Counted from the stretch's first letter, positions 30,606-41,121 are shown. The stretch is DNA of 64,000 nucleotides from Pirellulaceae bacterium (GCA_031374825.1 JANMGV010000004.1:19605-83604), one strand, 5' to 3'. Numbers and translations: made by a program. The notes: generated from the sequence alone by a model not told the origin.

Positions 30606-31175
30606 TCAACTTGATTTGGATTGCAAGTTTGCTATCGCGCCTTCTAATTCGATCTTAACTCCTGCGTCTAACAAGGAAGCGCAAAACTCGCCAACGAGCA
30701 TGCGATAATCCGGACACAATTTGTCTAGGTGCTTGAGGACTTCACGTTCAGTGTCCGAGAGGGGAAGCCGAATGGCTGGAGGGGCATGATTTCCGTGTTG
30801 GTCCAAAAAGCTGTCGCTCACTCCCATCCAAGCGATCTTGGCATGCTCACGCAACCAGGCATAAACAAGAATGTCAGGAGGATCAGCATCTCCTATGAAG
30901 ATAATTGTTGAGGAGGAGTCTTGTATTAACGGCATGTCTCTCATGTCGGGCAGTCCGTAACGCCCGATAACCGCGAGAGGTTGCAGAACGTGTAGCAACA
31001 ATTTTATTCGCGGCAAGCAACCGGGTTTGGTCATATACAAAATCGACTTCGCTGTGTTGAAATCCCCACTCCGTGTGGACAGGTGTTCTTCAGGCATTCT
31101 TGCAAAGTCGCCGTCATCGTGCGATTGAAACCACGCCTCAATCGCGTTGATTCGGTCTTGAGAAGAGGTTTTCAT
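30606..31175 (-). CDS. hypothetical protein
   Basis: This ORF is co-directional with the flanking cluster. I recognise no domain. Confidence 0.45.
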   Translation of the reverse strand: MKTSSQDRINAIEAWFQSHDDGDFARMPEEHLSTRSGDFNTAKSILYMTKPGCLPRIKLLLHVLQPLAVIGRYGLPDMRDMPLIQDSSSTIIFIGDADPPDILVYAWLREHAKIAWMGVSDSFLDQHGNHAPPAIRLPLSDTEREVLKHLDKLCPDYRMLVGEFCASLLDAGVKIELEGAIANLQSKSS

Positions 31176-31346
31176 AGTCGCCTCCTAGCAACCGACTGCT
31201 TTTGGGCATCGAACGCGGGTAGCATGCTCCTCACCACGGATTCCGATGCTCTGCGGCAAGCGGTTGTTCACTACATCTTTGCCTCATTGTGGCTTTGCAA
31301 AAAAGCTCAGGTATGGTGGCCGTTTGACGCTTGCTTCGTAGCGCCA

Positions 31347-32654
31347 TTAATTTGCGTCGACTCCGGAGAGTTGCATTTCTACTTGGTCAGCTTGCCAAGC
31401 GATTGAGGAGATGCTGCGGCTAAGTTCGAGCGCGTCCGTTGTGTCGGCCAACATGTTCGTTCGTAATACGACTTGCTCGCCGTCACCTTGGCGGCGAAGT
31501 GCAAAAGCGCCGTGGACAAGCTGGTCGTTGTAGCGCAGCAAAGTCGTTGCGCTCGATGCATTCATTGGACCACAAACAGACCAAACGGATACTTTGGCGT
31601 TGCCGTCGTTGTCTTTCTGATTGAACTCAACATTGACGCGTTGTCGTCGTGTAGCTCCAAGTGCAACAACAATTACCAAATGGTCATTGTCTTGCGATTC
31701 GATCGACCAACCAGATTGTTTTATGAGATCTTCGACGATCGCCCTCGGGTTGCTTGACGAAGGTAACGCTTTCAACTCGGAAAAATCGAGCCCGGCCTGT
31801 CCACCGCCCGCAGCTTGGCTGGCCTTTTGTCCGATCGCGTTCATCGCCGAAGCGATCATGCCCGGAACCATCATTCCCATGCCAATACCAGCAGCAGAGC
31901 CACCAGCATCGCCAAGTTTTTCCATGCCCTTCGCAGCTTGATAGACCGTAAAGGATCGCAAATCGCCGACCACCGACATGCTGCTACGAGCATCGATGGC
32001 TTTTTGGACTTCTTCCGGTGGCGATATGTTGGAAATCAGGAACTGGTTAAGCTCTAAACCGAACTTTGCAAATTCTGTAGACAATTTGACGCGAGCGGCA
32101 GCGCTCAATTCGTCAAATCTCGCCGGCAGATCGAGCAAGCTGATTCCGGACGTCGCCAGCAAATCCGTGATTGCAGCGACGATGATATCCTTCAAGTAGC
32201 TGCTGACTTCCTCAGTCGTATATTTACCTTGGGTGCCAATCAACGTGTTGATTAACAATTCCGAGTCGACGACACGAAAAGCGAACTTGCCGTAACCGCG
32301 CAATCGCACGATTCCAAAATCTTTGTCGCGCAGCGTAAACGGTTGGCGAGTTCCCCAGCGTTCATCTGCGAAAAGATGTTTACCGATAAAGTACACGCAG
32401 GCTTGGAAAGGCGATTTTTCCCAAGGTGACGTGAGGATTCGCGTGATGATGGGGACGTTTGCGGTGGTCAGTGTGTATCGACCCGGTCCAAATCGGTCCA
32501 TGGCGCGGCCATCTCGAAAGAAGACAGCTTCTTGGTTTTGCTGGACGATCAGTTGCGCGCCGTACTGAATAGCCGCTGTTCCAGACTCTGGAACACGTGC
32601 AACGATGGCTTGATTGGAATTGTCTACAAAGTCGATAACTTCAAGTCGAAACAC
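31347..32654 (-). CDS. SPFH/band-7-like COG4260-family protein with C-terminal YbjN-like domain
   Basis: The N-terminus MFRLEVIDFVDNSNQAIVARVPESG...GAQLIVQQNQEAVFFRDGRAMDRFGPGRYTLTT matches the COG4260 (putative virion core protein-like, SPFH fold) signature. It is followed by a Gly/Ala-rich linker and a C-terminal alpha/beta domain. Confidence 0.65.
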   Translation of the reverse strand: MFRLEVIDFVDNSNQAIVARVPESGTAAIQYGAQLIVQQNQEAVFFRDGRAMDRFGPGRYTLTTANVPIITRILTSPWEKSPFQACVYFIGKHLFADERWGTRQPFTLRDKDFGIVRLRGYGKFAFRVVDSELLINTLIGTQGKYTTEEVSSYLKDIIVAAITDLLATSGISLLDLPARFDELSAAARVKLSTEFAKFGLELNQFLISNISPPEEVQKAIDARSSMSVVGDLRSFTVYQAAKGMEKLGDAGGSAAGIGMGMMVPGMIASAMNAIGQKASQAAGGGQAGLDFSELKALPSSSNPRAIVEDLIKQSGWSIESQDNDHLVIVVALGATRRQRVNVEFNQKDNDGNAKVSVWSVCGPMNASSATTLLRYNDQLVHGAFALRRQGDGEQVVLRTNMLADTTDALELSRSISSIAWQADQVEMQLSGVDAN

Positions 32655-32714
32655 CGTGACACCCTTTAACGAAAATTCAATTCACCGTAGGTACAGTTTT
32701 AGCAAACCGACTGA

Positions 32715-33200
32715 TCATTCGCGATCTTGCAAGGTCGCTTGACGGCGACTGAAGCGATCAGACAGTAATGTGACCATTTCCTCTGCCAGATTCCAGTCGA
32801 TATCGGCCGCTGCATCTTTTGGCGCCACAGCTTGTTGCAGTCGATCGACGACGCCGATTAGGTTTTCATCCATGTCGGCGATTTCTTTGAGCAGAGATTC
32901 GTCGACTTGTCGTTCGTCGAACCACGAAGCGTATCCTTCGACCGCAGCTCGCAATCGATTCTGTTGCAATTCAATTTTGTGACGCAACTTTTCGCTTTTG
33001 GCGACAGCATCCAAGTTGCCTTGCTCGACGAGTGGCAGCGTCTTCTTCTCAAGACTTACTTTGCATTCTTGTAATCGTCGCGCCAAAAACTCTCTGGTCA
33101 ATCGATCGTCTTCGCGACGTTTTTCTTTTTTTGCGTATCCGCCGAAACCAGGAATATACTTGGTCAAACTTTCGAGCGCGTTGGATTTCTCTTTGGACAT
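32715..33200 (-). CDS. hypothetical coiled-coil protein
   Basis: The ORF is Lys/Glu-rich and helical. It sits directly downstream of the FAAL-ACP-AOS gene. Confidence 0.45.
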   Translation of the reverse strand: MSKEKSNALESLTKYIPGFGGYAKKEKRREDDRLTREFLARRLQECKVSLEKKTLPLVEQGNLDAVAKSEKLRHKIELQQNRLRAAVEGYASWFDERQVDESLLKEIADMDENLIGVVDRLQQAVAPKDAAADIDWNLAEEMVTLLSDRFSRRQATLQDRE

Positions 33201-33218
33201 GAATCATGCAGTCTTGCG

Positions 33219-36200
33219 TTAAGAACGAGAAGCAGCAACGGCCGGGGATGACGCGATGCTGGGAGCTTGCGGGTATCGAAAAAGTTCTGGTGCTATCTTT
33301 TTCAAATACTCCGCAGTCTTTTCTACCACGAACATGATCTGCTCTTTGGAATGCGTGCAGTTGATAAAGAATCGCAATCGCGCGGCCGATTCCTCGACTG
33401 CGGGATACAGAATCGGCAATACGTTTACACCTGCTTTGTAGAGCATGTGCGACAACTGGAGAGCATGCATCGAGTTGCCGATAATGATCGGAACTACAGG
33501 CGTGTCGTGGCTGTGTCCAGTGTTCAGTCCACGTTTTCTCGCTTCGGAGAGAAACAGTGCCGACATCTCTCGCAATCGTTCAACACGCTCGGGTTGACGC
33601 GACAGCACTTCTACGGACTTGAGGGCGGCAGCAGTGTTTGGTGGGGACAGTCCGACGCTGAACACAAATCCTGGTGCGGTGTATTTGAGGTACTCGACCA
33701 AGCTCTTGCTGCCAGCGATGTATCCACCGCAGGAGCCAAACGACTTGCTCAGCGTACCCATCCATACGTCGACCTCGCGCGGATCGACGCCGAAGTGTTC
33801 GCCAATTCCTCGACCCGTTTTGCCCATCGTTCCGATGGAGTGGGCTTCGTCGACCATCAACCAGCATTTGTGCTTTTTCTTGACTTCGATGAATTTCGGT
33901 AGATCCGGATAATCCCCGTCCATGCTATAGACGCCTTCGACAATCACCAGCACGCGGCGATGCTTGCGACGGAGTTGGGTAAGGGCTTCGTCCAACGCTT
34001 GCCAATCATTGTGCGGGAAAGGTCGCCGGCGAGCGCCGCTCAGAATCGCACCTTGCACAATGCTGTTATGCGAGAGAGCATCGTGCAATATCAAGTCGCC
34101 AGGACCAACCATATGGCCTATGACCGTTTCATTCGTGGAATGTCCACCGACCAAGACCACGGAGTCCTCTGCCCCAACCCAGTTCGCAAGCGCGATTTCC
34201 AACTTGCGATGGATGTCCTTTTCGCCCGCGACGAGTCGCGAAGCGGAAACGCTGGTCCCGTATTTCTTGACGGCATTCACGACAGCATCGGAAACTTCTT
34301 GATCTCCGCTCATGCCCAAGTAGTTGTAGCTGGCAAAGCTGATCATTTCGCGACCATCGATCATCGTCGTGTCGCGCGTGATACCTTGATGGGCGGAGAA
34401 ATAAGGATTCGGCAGGCCGCTCAACTCAAACTGCACCATCGTTTGTTTAAGGCGACGGTACTCAGGTAGTTTGTCGAATTCATAATCTTCTGGACCGATC
34501 GTTCGTTCAAGCTCTTCGGTCGTACCCAAATCCAAAGCTGCGGAAGTTTGCATTCGGTCTTTGCCGAAGTGGGTTTCGAGCGCTTCGGCGACTTCACGAA
34601 CGGTCTCAATTTCTTGCAAGACTTCTTCGGGGAACCGTCCTCCAAAGGCACTTTCCAACATGTGCGAGATCTGCAAGCGTTCCAAACTATCGAGTCCCAA
34701 GTCCAGCACGATGTTGGTGTCGAGTTCAAGCGACTTGGCCCGCTCTTGTGCGACAGTCTTGATGGCTTTCTTGACAAGCTCGACGATTTGCGGATTAGGG
34801 TCTTTCGATTTCTTTCCGATTTTTGGCGTATAGCGTCCCGAGCCCCCGCTGCCATCGAATACTGCGGCAGCAATCATCGGGGCTTGTTCGTAGAGCCCTT
34901 CTTGCCAGCTTTCCCATTTGGCAACGATCTTGAGATTGCCGTCTAAATAGTCGCGCAAGCAAGCGTGCCTCTGGATTTTTCCGCTTGAGGTTTTTGGCAA
35001 TGAGCCGAAGCGAACCAAGTAGACTGCATCCGGAGGAAGTTCGTGGACTTGGGTAACGCTGCGACGAATCGTATGAATGACAGGCTCCCAATCGTCCTCC
35101 AAGCTTCGTTGAACTTCGACGGCAATGATCAGTTTTTCACGACCTGTTGTCGCGTCGGCAAAAGCGGCTGCGGCACAAGACGGAATCGATTCGTGACACT
35201 CTTCGACCGTTTGCTCGATGTCTTGCGGATAGCGATTAACGCCACGAACGATAATCAGATCCTTGACACGCCCTGCGATGAACAATTGACCTTTGTCGAA
35301 AAATCCTAAGTCGCCTGTACGCAGGAACGGCCCTCGTCCGTCACTCAACCTACCTCCGAACGTCGATTGCGTTTCTTCTGCTTTTTCCCAATAGCCGAGG
35401 CCCACGCTAGGGCTTTGTACCCAAATTTCGCCGATTCGTCCTTCGGGCAGATCTTGATAAGTATCCAGATCGACGATGCAAATGGTCTCGCCGGGCAATA
35501 CCGTGCCGCAGCCAACGAGCTGCCGGACATGATCGCTGTCTTCGGTGGCTGGCGCAACGACACGACCATCAAGCTGTCGTGAATCAAAGGTTTCGACAAC
35601 TGGCAATTCACGAGCAGGACCACCGGTAACGATCAACGTTGTTTCAGCCATACCATAACACGGAAAATGAGCTTTGTGGGTAAATCCAACGCAACCAAAT
35701 TTTTCGGAGAATTGAGCGAGCGTCGAGGCGCGGACGGGTTCGGCACCGTTGAACGCAACTTCCCAACTAGAAAGGTCGAGACCTTGCATCTCTTCGTCGG
35801 TAACTTTATCGACACACAATTGATAGGCAAAGTTGGGTCCGCCCGTCGTGGTGACTCGGTATTTTGAAATCATGCGAAGCCAGCGAACGGGCTTTTGCAA
35901 AAACGACATCGGACTCATCAAGACCGTGGAGCGACCAAGATATAGCGGATTCAAAATACCGCCGATCAAGCCCATGTCGTGATAAGCTGGCAACCAACTG
36001 GCGCCTTTGACTTGGCGATGGTGACCGAATGCAACCGTAATAAGTTCGGCGTTTCGAATCAGATTTGCGTGACTGAGCATCACGCCTTTCGGTCTTCCTG
36101 TCGAACCCGACGTGTATTGCAATACCGCTAAGTGACTGGGGTCAATCGCTACAGGATTGAATTGGGATGCTTGTTGTTTGTCGGTACTGTCAGTTGTGAT

Positions 36201-36647
36201 CAGTTGCATTTTGCCGACGCGCAATTGCTCTTCTTCGCTTTCGATGAGCTGGCGGCTGTTGTCCACGGACAAAATAAAGGTAGCTTGGCAGTCGGCTGCA
36301 ATTCCGGCGATGCGGGAACCGCGTTTATTACGTCGTGGTGGGAAAGCAGGAACGGCAATGCAACCGGCGTACAAGCACCCGAAAAAACCGACTACGAATT
36401 CTAGGCCGGGGGGGAACATCAAAATCCCGCGATCACCCGGTTCGGCAAATCGTTGAATTTCAGCCGCTACGGCTCGTGCGCGCAAATCTAGCTCGGCGTA
36501 GGTCAGCTTTTCTTCTGATCCTTCGTCGCCATCAGTAAAATAGAGGGCCACATCATTGGGAATGTGTTTCACCCAATACCGGATTACATCAACCAAACCC
36601 GTGCGAGGTGGGTCGTACGGAGCCATGTATCGCGTTAAATCAAGCAC
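33219..36647 (-). CDS. tri-domain fusion: fatty acyl-AMP ligase (FAAL) - acyl carrier protein - alpha-oxoamine synthase (8-amino-7-oxononanoate synthase / serine palmitoyltransferase family, PLP-dependent)
   Basis: The N-terminal ~580 aa are FAAL-like (LTYAELDLRARAVAAEIQ..., GDRGILMFPPGLEFVVGFFGCLYAGCIAVP, TSGSTGRPKGV). The ACP domain has a phosphopantetheine attachment site (LGLDSLERLQISHMLE). The C-terminal ~400 aa are AOS-like (SFASYNYLGMSGD, HSIGTMGKTGRG). The PLP-lysine motif is GTLSKSFGSCGGY. Confidence 0.9.
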   Translation of the reverse strand: MLDLTRYMAPYDPPRTGLVDVIRYWVKHIPNDVALYFTDGDEGSEEKLTYAELDLRARAVAAEIQRFAEPGDRGILMFPPGLEFVVGFFGCLYAGCIAVPAFPPRRNKRGSRIAGIAADCQATFILSVDNSRQLIESEEEQLRVGKMQLITTDSTDKQQASQFNPVAIDPSHLAVLQYTSGSTGRPKGVMLSHANLIRNAELITVAFGHHRQVKGASWLPAYHDMGLIGGILNPLYLGRSTVLMSPMSFLQKPVRWLRMISKYRVTTTGGPNFAYQLCVDKVTDEEMQGLDLSSWEVAFNGAEPVRASTLAQFSEKFGCVGFTHKAHFPCYGMAETTLIVTGGPARELPVVETFDSRQLDGRVVAPATEDSDHVRQLVGCGTVLPGETICIVDLDTYQDLPEGRIGEIWVQSPSVGLGYWEKAEETQSTFGGRLSDGRGPFLRTGDLGFFDKGQLFIAGRVKDLIIVRGVNRYPQDIEQTVEECHESIPSCAAAAFADATTGREKLIIAVEVQRSLEDDWEPVIHTIRRSVTQVHELPPDAVYLVRFGSLPKTSSGKIQRHACLRDYLDGNLKIVAKWESWQEGLYEQAPMIAAAVFDGSGGSGRYTPKIGKKSKDPNPQIVELVKKAIKTVAQERAKSLELDTNIVLDLGLDSLERLQISHMLESAFGGRFPEEVLQEIETVREVAEALETHFGKDRMQTSAALDLGTTEELERTIGPEDYEFDKLPEYRRLKQTMVQFELSGLPNPYFSAHQGITRDTTMIDGREMISFASYNYLGMSGDQEVSDAVVNAVKKYGTSVSASRLVAGEKDIHRKLEIALANWVGAEDSVVLVGGHSTNETVIGHMVGPGDLILHDALSHNSIVQGAILSGARRRPFPHNDWQALDEALTQLRRKHRRVLVIVEGVYSMDGDYPDLPKFIEVKKKHKCWLMVDEAHSIGTMGKTGRGIGEHFGVDPREVDVWMGTLSKSFGSCGGYIAGSKSLVEYLKYTAPGFVFSVGLSPPNTAAALKSVEVLSRQPERVERLREMSALFLSEARKRGLNTGHSHDTPVVPIIIGNSMHALQLSHMLYKAGVNVLPILYPAVEESAARLRFFINCTHSKEQIMFVVEKTAEYLKKIAPELFRYPQAPSIASSPAVAASRS

Positions 36648-36885
36648 AAATTCCCTCGCGCTTTCGACGAATAAAAACCAAAATCACATTGTTGGCTTTG
36701 GGTCGGAAAGTTAATTGTTTGAAACTTAACAGAATTGGCTAATTCGAAAAGGTAAATTTCAAGGTTCGACCGAAACGTTCCAGATGCAAACCGCAACTAA
36801 GCCGACTTGTCGACTTAGATTCTCCAAAAACAACCTAAATTAGCGTAATCTTTGCGATCCAGTTCATGCAAGCCGATCAGTCGGG

Positions 36886-37647
36886 CTAATTTCCCTTGAA
36901 AAGGTCGGTATTCTGCACCTTTTCTTCCATGCCTTCACTGTCTTGTTTTTCGTCAGAACGTGGCTTGACCATCTTGCTAATAGTCGAAAACCAACCTTGT
37001 TTCTGCTTTCTTAATCTTCCACGGCGATTTGTTTGCCAAATCTGCCTATTTTCGACGTCCAAAGCGGTCAGCCAGCCTCCTCCAAAACAATACGTATCAA
37101 TGCAAACTAAATGACCGTAATCGGCGATTTTACCCCACAACTGTGGAGTATGACCACAAAACGCCGTTTTGTCATTGATGTGCGGGCCGGGTGGAGAAGG
37201 TCCAAGATGCTCCCAGTACAAGATTTCGGCTGGCAGTTCGGATAGCGGGGTTATTGGGTCGTAATTCGCATGAACAAAGAAATATTTGTCCATCTCGTAG
37301 TACGGCAAACATGTCCTAAAAAAATCGATATGCGACTGTGGGATAAGATCAATTCCGCCGTAACTGTATAAAGTTTCTTGACCGCCAATTGACTTCCAAG
37401 TTTCCAGATCGCAGGCTTGGTCAAGGCAAGCCAGCAAGACGATTTCGTGATTGCCCAGCAAGAATACGCAACGACATTGGGATCGCAATTCAATCAGAGT
37501 CTCGATCACGGCTTTCGATTCCGGCCCACGATCGACGTAGTCCCCTAAGAAGATAAGTTGGTCTTCTTGCTGTGGCGCAACGTGTTTGAGCAGAGCATTC
37601 AATGCCACACTACAACCATGAATGTCACCGATAGCAATAGTTCGCAA
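36886..37647 (-). CDS. metallophosphoesterase (PPP-family Ser/Thr phosphatase / ApaH-like)
   Basis: The calcineurin-like phosphoesterase motifs GDIHG, GDYVDRG and GNHE are present. Confidence 0.8.
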   Translation of the reverse strand: MRTIAIGDIHGCSVALNALLKHVAPQQEDQLIFLGDYVDRGPESKAVIETLIELRSQCRCVFLLGNHEIVLLACLDQACDLETWKSIGGQETLYSYGGIDLIPQSHIDFFRTCLPYYEMDKYFFVHANYDPITPLSELPAEILYWEHLGPSPPGPHINDKTAFCGHTPQLWGKIADYGHLVCIDTYCFGGGWLTALDVENRQIWQTNRRGRLRKQKQGWFSTISKMVKPRSDEKQDSEGMEEKVQNTDLFKGN

Positions 37648-37659
37648 AGGAGTAGACCG

Positions 37660-38211
37660 CTAATTGCAGTTGGGGTTGTTCGGAATACTGTGGCGTGGAA
37701 CACCTTGGGAGATAATGTCGCGGCCAACTTTGTTCATCAATACTTGCCAAATCTCGTTGCAGGGTCCAAAAAGTTCATCGGCAGTGATCTCGGCAACTAA
37801 CCAACCTCCGGCCGCCAGTTCATCATCCAATTGCCCGGGCCCCCAACCGGAATAGCCAGCGAACACTCGTACTCTCACATTAGGTTCTTTGGCGAGTTGC
37901 ACGAGATGCGATTCGCTTGAACTGAGATATACTCCGTGTATGCAAGGTATGTCTCCGAGCGGTTCGTTGTCGTGTAGAGCCAATATCGGACCCTCGACTG
38001 GTCCGCCTTGATATATCAGCAACTCTTGCGTGCAATCGATATGGCAAAGCTCCTCGAGAATCGGATTCAATTTCTGATCGGTTGGTCGGTTGATCAGCAC
38101 TCCAAAGGCTTCTGATTCGTCATGCCGCACGATAAAGACGACCGAACGAAAAAAATTTGGGTCTTCCAAATGGGGCGACGCAATCAAGCACTTGCCTTCT
38201 ATGCTGTTCAT
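37660..38211 (-). CDS. YqgE/AlgH family protein (UPF0301)
   Basis: CLIASPHLEDPNFFRSVVFIVRHDESEAFGVLINRP is a typical YqgE/AlgH N-terminus. Confidence 0.8.
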   Translation of the reverse strand: MNSIEGKCLIASPHLEDPNFFRSVVFIVRHDESEAFGVLINRPTDQKLNPILEELCHIDCTQELLIYQGGPVEGPILALHDNEPLGDIPCIHGVYLSSSESHLVQLAKEPNVRVRVFAGYSGWGPGQLDDELAAGGWLVAEITADELFGPCNEIWQVLMNKVGRDIISQGVPRHSIPNNPNCN

Positions 38212-38282
38212 GATTGATCGCGCTTTTGCTAAAGCGTTTCAAGGTTCGTTGAAATTCAAAACCGTCACCTACTGGATGCGAC

Positions 38283-39293
38283 TCAATGGCTGGGGCGATA
38301 CGTTTCTCGCCATTCACATCCTGCCCACGACCATCCTACTCCGAAGCCAACGAGCATGGAAAGCTGCTCAGGGCGAATTTCCTTGGACTGCCGCATTTCG
38401 CTGATCAAGATTGGCAGGGTGCTCGAAACAGTATTGCCGCAATGTTTTAATCGGATGGGCATCTTGGCGGTATCGATTCCAATCGCTTCGCGAAGCTGTA
38501 CCAGCATCTTGGCAGTGGCTTGATGCATGAGAAGATGATCGTAATCATCCAATTTGCGATCGGTGGCCGACAAGACTTGACCAATAAGTTTTGGAACAGC
38601 ATCGACCGTGAAGTTAATGAGACTAGGTCCGTCCATGTATAGACGACTGGACCAGCGTTTGCGATGCCGTGGTCGGATTGCGTCTTCTTGGGCGCGTGAC
38701 CCACCGTCCGCAACTATCAGAGTATCAGCGCCACTACCATCCGTCCCGAAACGAAATCCCGTTAAGCTTTTCTCGTCCGATGCGGAAACTAAAGTGGCGG
38801 CGGCCGCATCGCCAAATATTGTCCTTAACGACCGATCGTCGGGCGAAATATATTTTGAGTAGGTTTCACTGGTCAGGAAGAGGATATTTCGCGCTTGCCC
38901 GCTCTGAATCAAACCTTCACAAAGCGACAATCCGTAGATGTATCCAGAGCACCCAAGATTGAAGTCGAGTGCACCCGCACGCGTTGGAATTCCTAATCGA
39001 TCTTGAATCAAGCAGGCCGTGGTCGGCAATGGATAGTCAGGCGTCTGGGTACACAGCAAAATAAAATCGATGTCGCTGGGAAGGATGCCGTTTACTGAAA
39101 ATAATTTCCTCGCTGCCGCGACCGCCAGATCGGAGGCCGTTTCGCGAGGTGCCGCAATGTAACGAGAAGCGATTCCCGTTTTCTGCTCGATCAGCGGCAA
39201 ATCCCAATCAGGAAATTCGCCTTGAAGCGATTCATTCGTTTCGCACCGCTCGGGAAAGTGAACGGCTATGGGTCCAATATTGGCAAACGGCAC
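38283..39293 (-). CDS. 3-oxoacyl-ACP synthase III (FabH)-like condensing enzyme
   Basis: The KAS III fold is present. Catalytic Cys (LGCSGYIYGL), His (LMHQAT) and Asn (HCGNTVSS) are all in place. Length is 336 aa. Confidence 0.8.
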   Translation of the reverse strand: MPFANIGPIAVHFPERCETNESLQGEFPDWDLPLIEQKTGIASRYIAAPRETASDLAVAAARKLFSVNGILPSDIDFILLCTQTPDYPLPTTACLIQDRLGIPTRAGALDFNLGCSGYIYGLSLCEGLIQSGQARNILFLTSETYSKYISPDDRSLRTIFGDAAAATLVSASDEKSLTGFRFGTDGSGADTLIVADGGSRAQEDAIRPRHRKRWSSRLYMDGPSLINFTVDAVPKLIGQVLSATDRKLDDYDHLLMHQATAKMLVQLREAIGIDTAKMPIRLKHCGNTVSSTLPILISEMRQSKEIRPEQLSMLVGFGVGWSWAGCEWRETYRPSH

Positions 39294-39654
39294 AGACGGA
39301 TATCCAGTTTTGGGCTATTTCAAATCGCAGGGCGTTGCGTGGGCATTCCGGAGTGAAGCTCAATGTCCGCAACAAACGCACAATACAATAGTCATTTGAC
39401 CGTGCTGCGCAAAGCCAATGCCCGCACATTCTTCACGCCATTTCTGAGTCCGCAGGCTTCCGAATTCATTCTGAGTTCCCCAAGAAAACCCAGGAAATGC
39501 CATGATACGGATAGTCGAATTCGTAGCATCCCTAAACCTTCGATTTCCAACTCTTTACACTTTCAGGGCAGGAACGTTGTTTGTTTCATGACCGAGACCG
39601 CTTCACTTTTCTCGTTTTGCCCTTACGCTTGAACAATTACATTGGCCAGAGATA

Positions 39655-41121
39655 TTGGGAGATAAAGGAATGCCTCATTCGTTTGTGATTTTTGGCGCGT
39701 CAGGCGACTTGACTAGTAGGAAACTGATTCCCGCGCTTTATCGACTTTTCCTTAGGAGAAAACTGCCCAAGGACTCGCGAATTATTGGTGTTGCTCGAAG
39801 TCCCTTTACGTCGGAGACGTGGCGCGCGGAACTGAGCAAGTCCGCTCAGGAATTCATAAAAAAGAATTTAGAACCCGAATCCTGGAACAAATTTCTGGAA
39901 TTGGTCCACTATCAACCAGGTGATGTTTCTGAACCCAGTGACTTTGAGCGACTTGGCGATTTTCTCCGGCAATTAGAAGGCAATCAGCCGAGCAATCGCA
40001 TCTACTATCTCTCGACAATGCCACAGTTGTATGCCCAAGCCGCCGAGCAATTGGGACACGCGGGTTTGGCCGACGAAACCCTTGGCGTGCGACGTCTGGT
40101 CATTGAAAAACCGTTTGGTACCGACTTGAGTTCGGCAAAGGCGCTCAACGAGTCGATCCATCGTGTTTTCGACGAAGATCAAATTTATCGCATCGATCAC
40201 TATCTCGGCAAAGAGACCGTACAGAACATTTTGGTGCTGCGATTCGGAAATAGCATTTTTGAACCTTTGTGGAATCGCAACTACATCGATCATGTTCAAA
40301 TCACGGTTGCCGAAGAAGTCCGCGTTGGCCGACGTGCGGCTTATTATGACAAAACAGGTGTTTTACGCGACATGTTCCAAAACCATCTTTTGCAGTTGCT
40401 CATGATCACCGCGATGGAAGCGCCTGCGAAATTTAGCGCAACTCTCGTTCGCGACGAAAAAGTCAAAGTGCTCCAGGCAATTCGGGACCTTGGGACTGCG
40501 GACCTTCTAAAATGTGGTCTTCGCGGTCAATACCAAGGCTATCGTGACGAAGAGGGAGTGCCCCAAGATAGTCCGACGGAGACGTTTGCGGCGCTAAAAT
40601 TATTTATCGACAACTGGAGATGGAAAGGTGTTCCATTCTATTTGCGTAGTGGTAAAGCTATGAGTTGTAGAACCACGCAGATCGTCATTCAGTTCCGCGA
40701 ACCCCCGCATATTTTGTTTGAAGGAAAAGACTCCTATTGCCCTGAAGCGAATAGGCTTGTGATCCAAATACAACCAGCCGAAGGCATCCAATTGCATTTC
40801 CAGTCCAAGGTGCCGAATGAAGAAATGCGAATGCGTTTGAGTGAGCTGGATTTTCGATTCGATCATAGCACGGGAGAGATTCCGGATGCTTACGAAAGAT
40901 TGCTTTTGGATGCAATCAACGGCGATGCGAGTTTGTTCGCAAGAAGCGACGAAGTCGAAACCGCTTGGACGATCATCGATCCGTTCATAGAAGCTTGGCG
41001 TAGCACCGAGGCACCAAGTCTGTTTTCGTACGAAGCAGGCGGTTGGGGGCCCCTCGAATCAACCAACTGGATGCAAGATGACACGCGAATTTGGTTTGAC
41101 GTTTGTCCGGTGATTCGCTAG
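39655..41121 (+). CDS. zwf: glucose-6-phosphate 1-dehydrogenase
   Basis: The NADP-binding motif IFGASGDLTSRKLIPALY is present, as is the active-site motif RIDHYLGKE. The start may instead be the ATG at 39670. Confidence 0.9.
   Translation: MGDKGMPHSFVIFGASGDLTSRKLIPALYRLFLRRKLPKDSRIIGVARSPFTSETWRAELSKSAQEFIKKNLEPESWNKFLELVHYQPGDVSEPSDFERLGDFLRQLEGNQPSNRIYYLSTMPQLYAQAAEQLGHAGLADETLGVRRLVIEKPFGTDLSSAKALNESIHRVFDEDQIYRIDHYLGKETVQNILVLRFGNSIFEPLWNRNYIDHVQITVAEEVRVGRRAAYYDKTGVLRDMFQNHLLQLLMITAMEAPAKFSATLVRDEKVKVLQAIRDLGTADLLKCGLRGQYQGYRDEEGVPQDSPTETFAALKLFIDNWRWKGVPFYLRSGKAMSCRTTQIVIQFREPPHILFEGKDSYCPEANRLVIQIQPAEGIQLHFQSKVPNEEMRMRLSELDFRFDHSTGEIPDAYERLLLDAINGDASLFARSDEVETAWTIIDPFIEAWRSTEAPSLFSYEAGGWGPLESTNWMQDDTRIWFDVCPVIR

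Noticed and set aside
36740-36800. tRNA-like T-loop motif ggttcgacc in the 36647-36886 spacer
   Set aside because: There is no matching acceptor stem, and no anticodon or D-arm could be built. No tRNA was found anywhere in the window.
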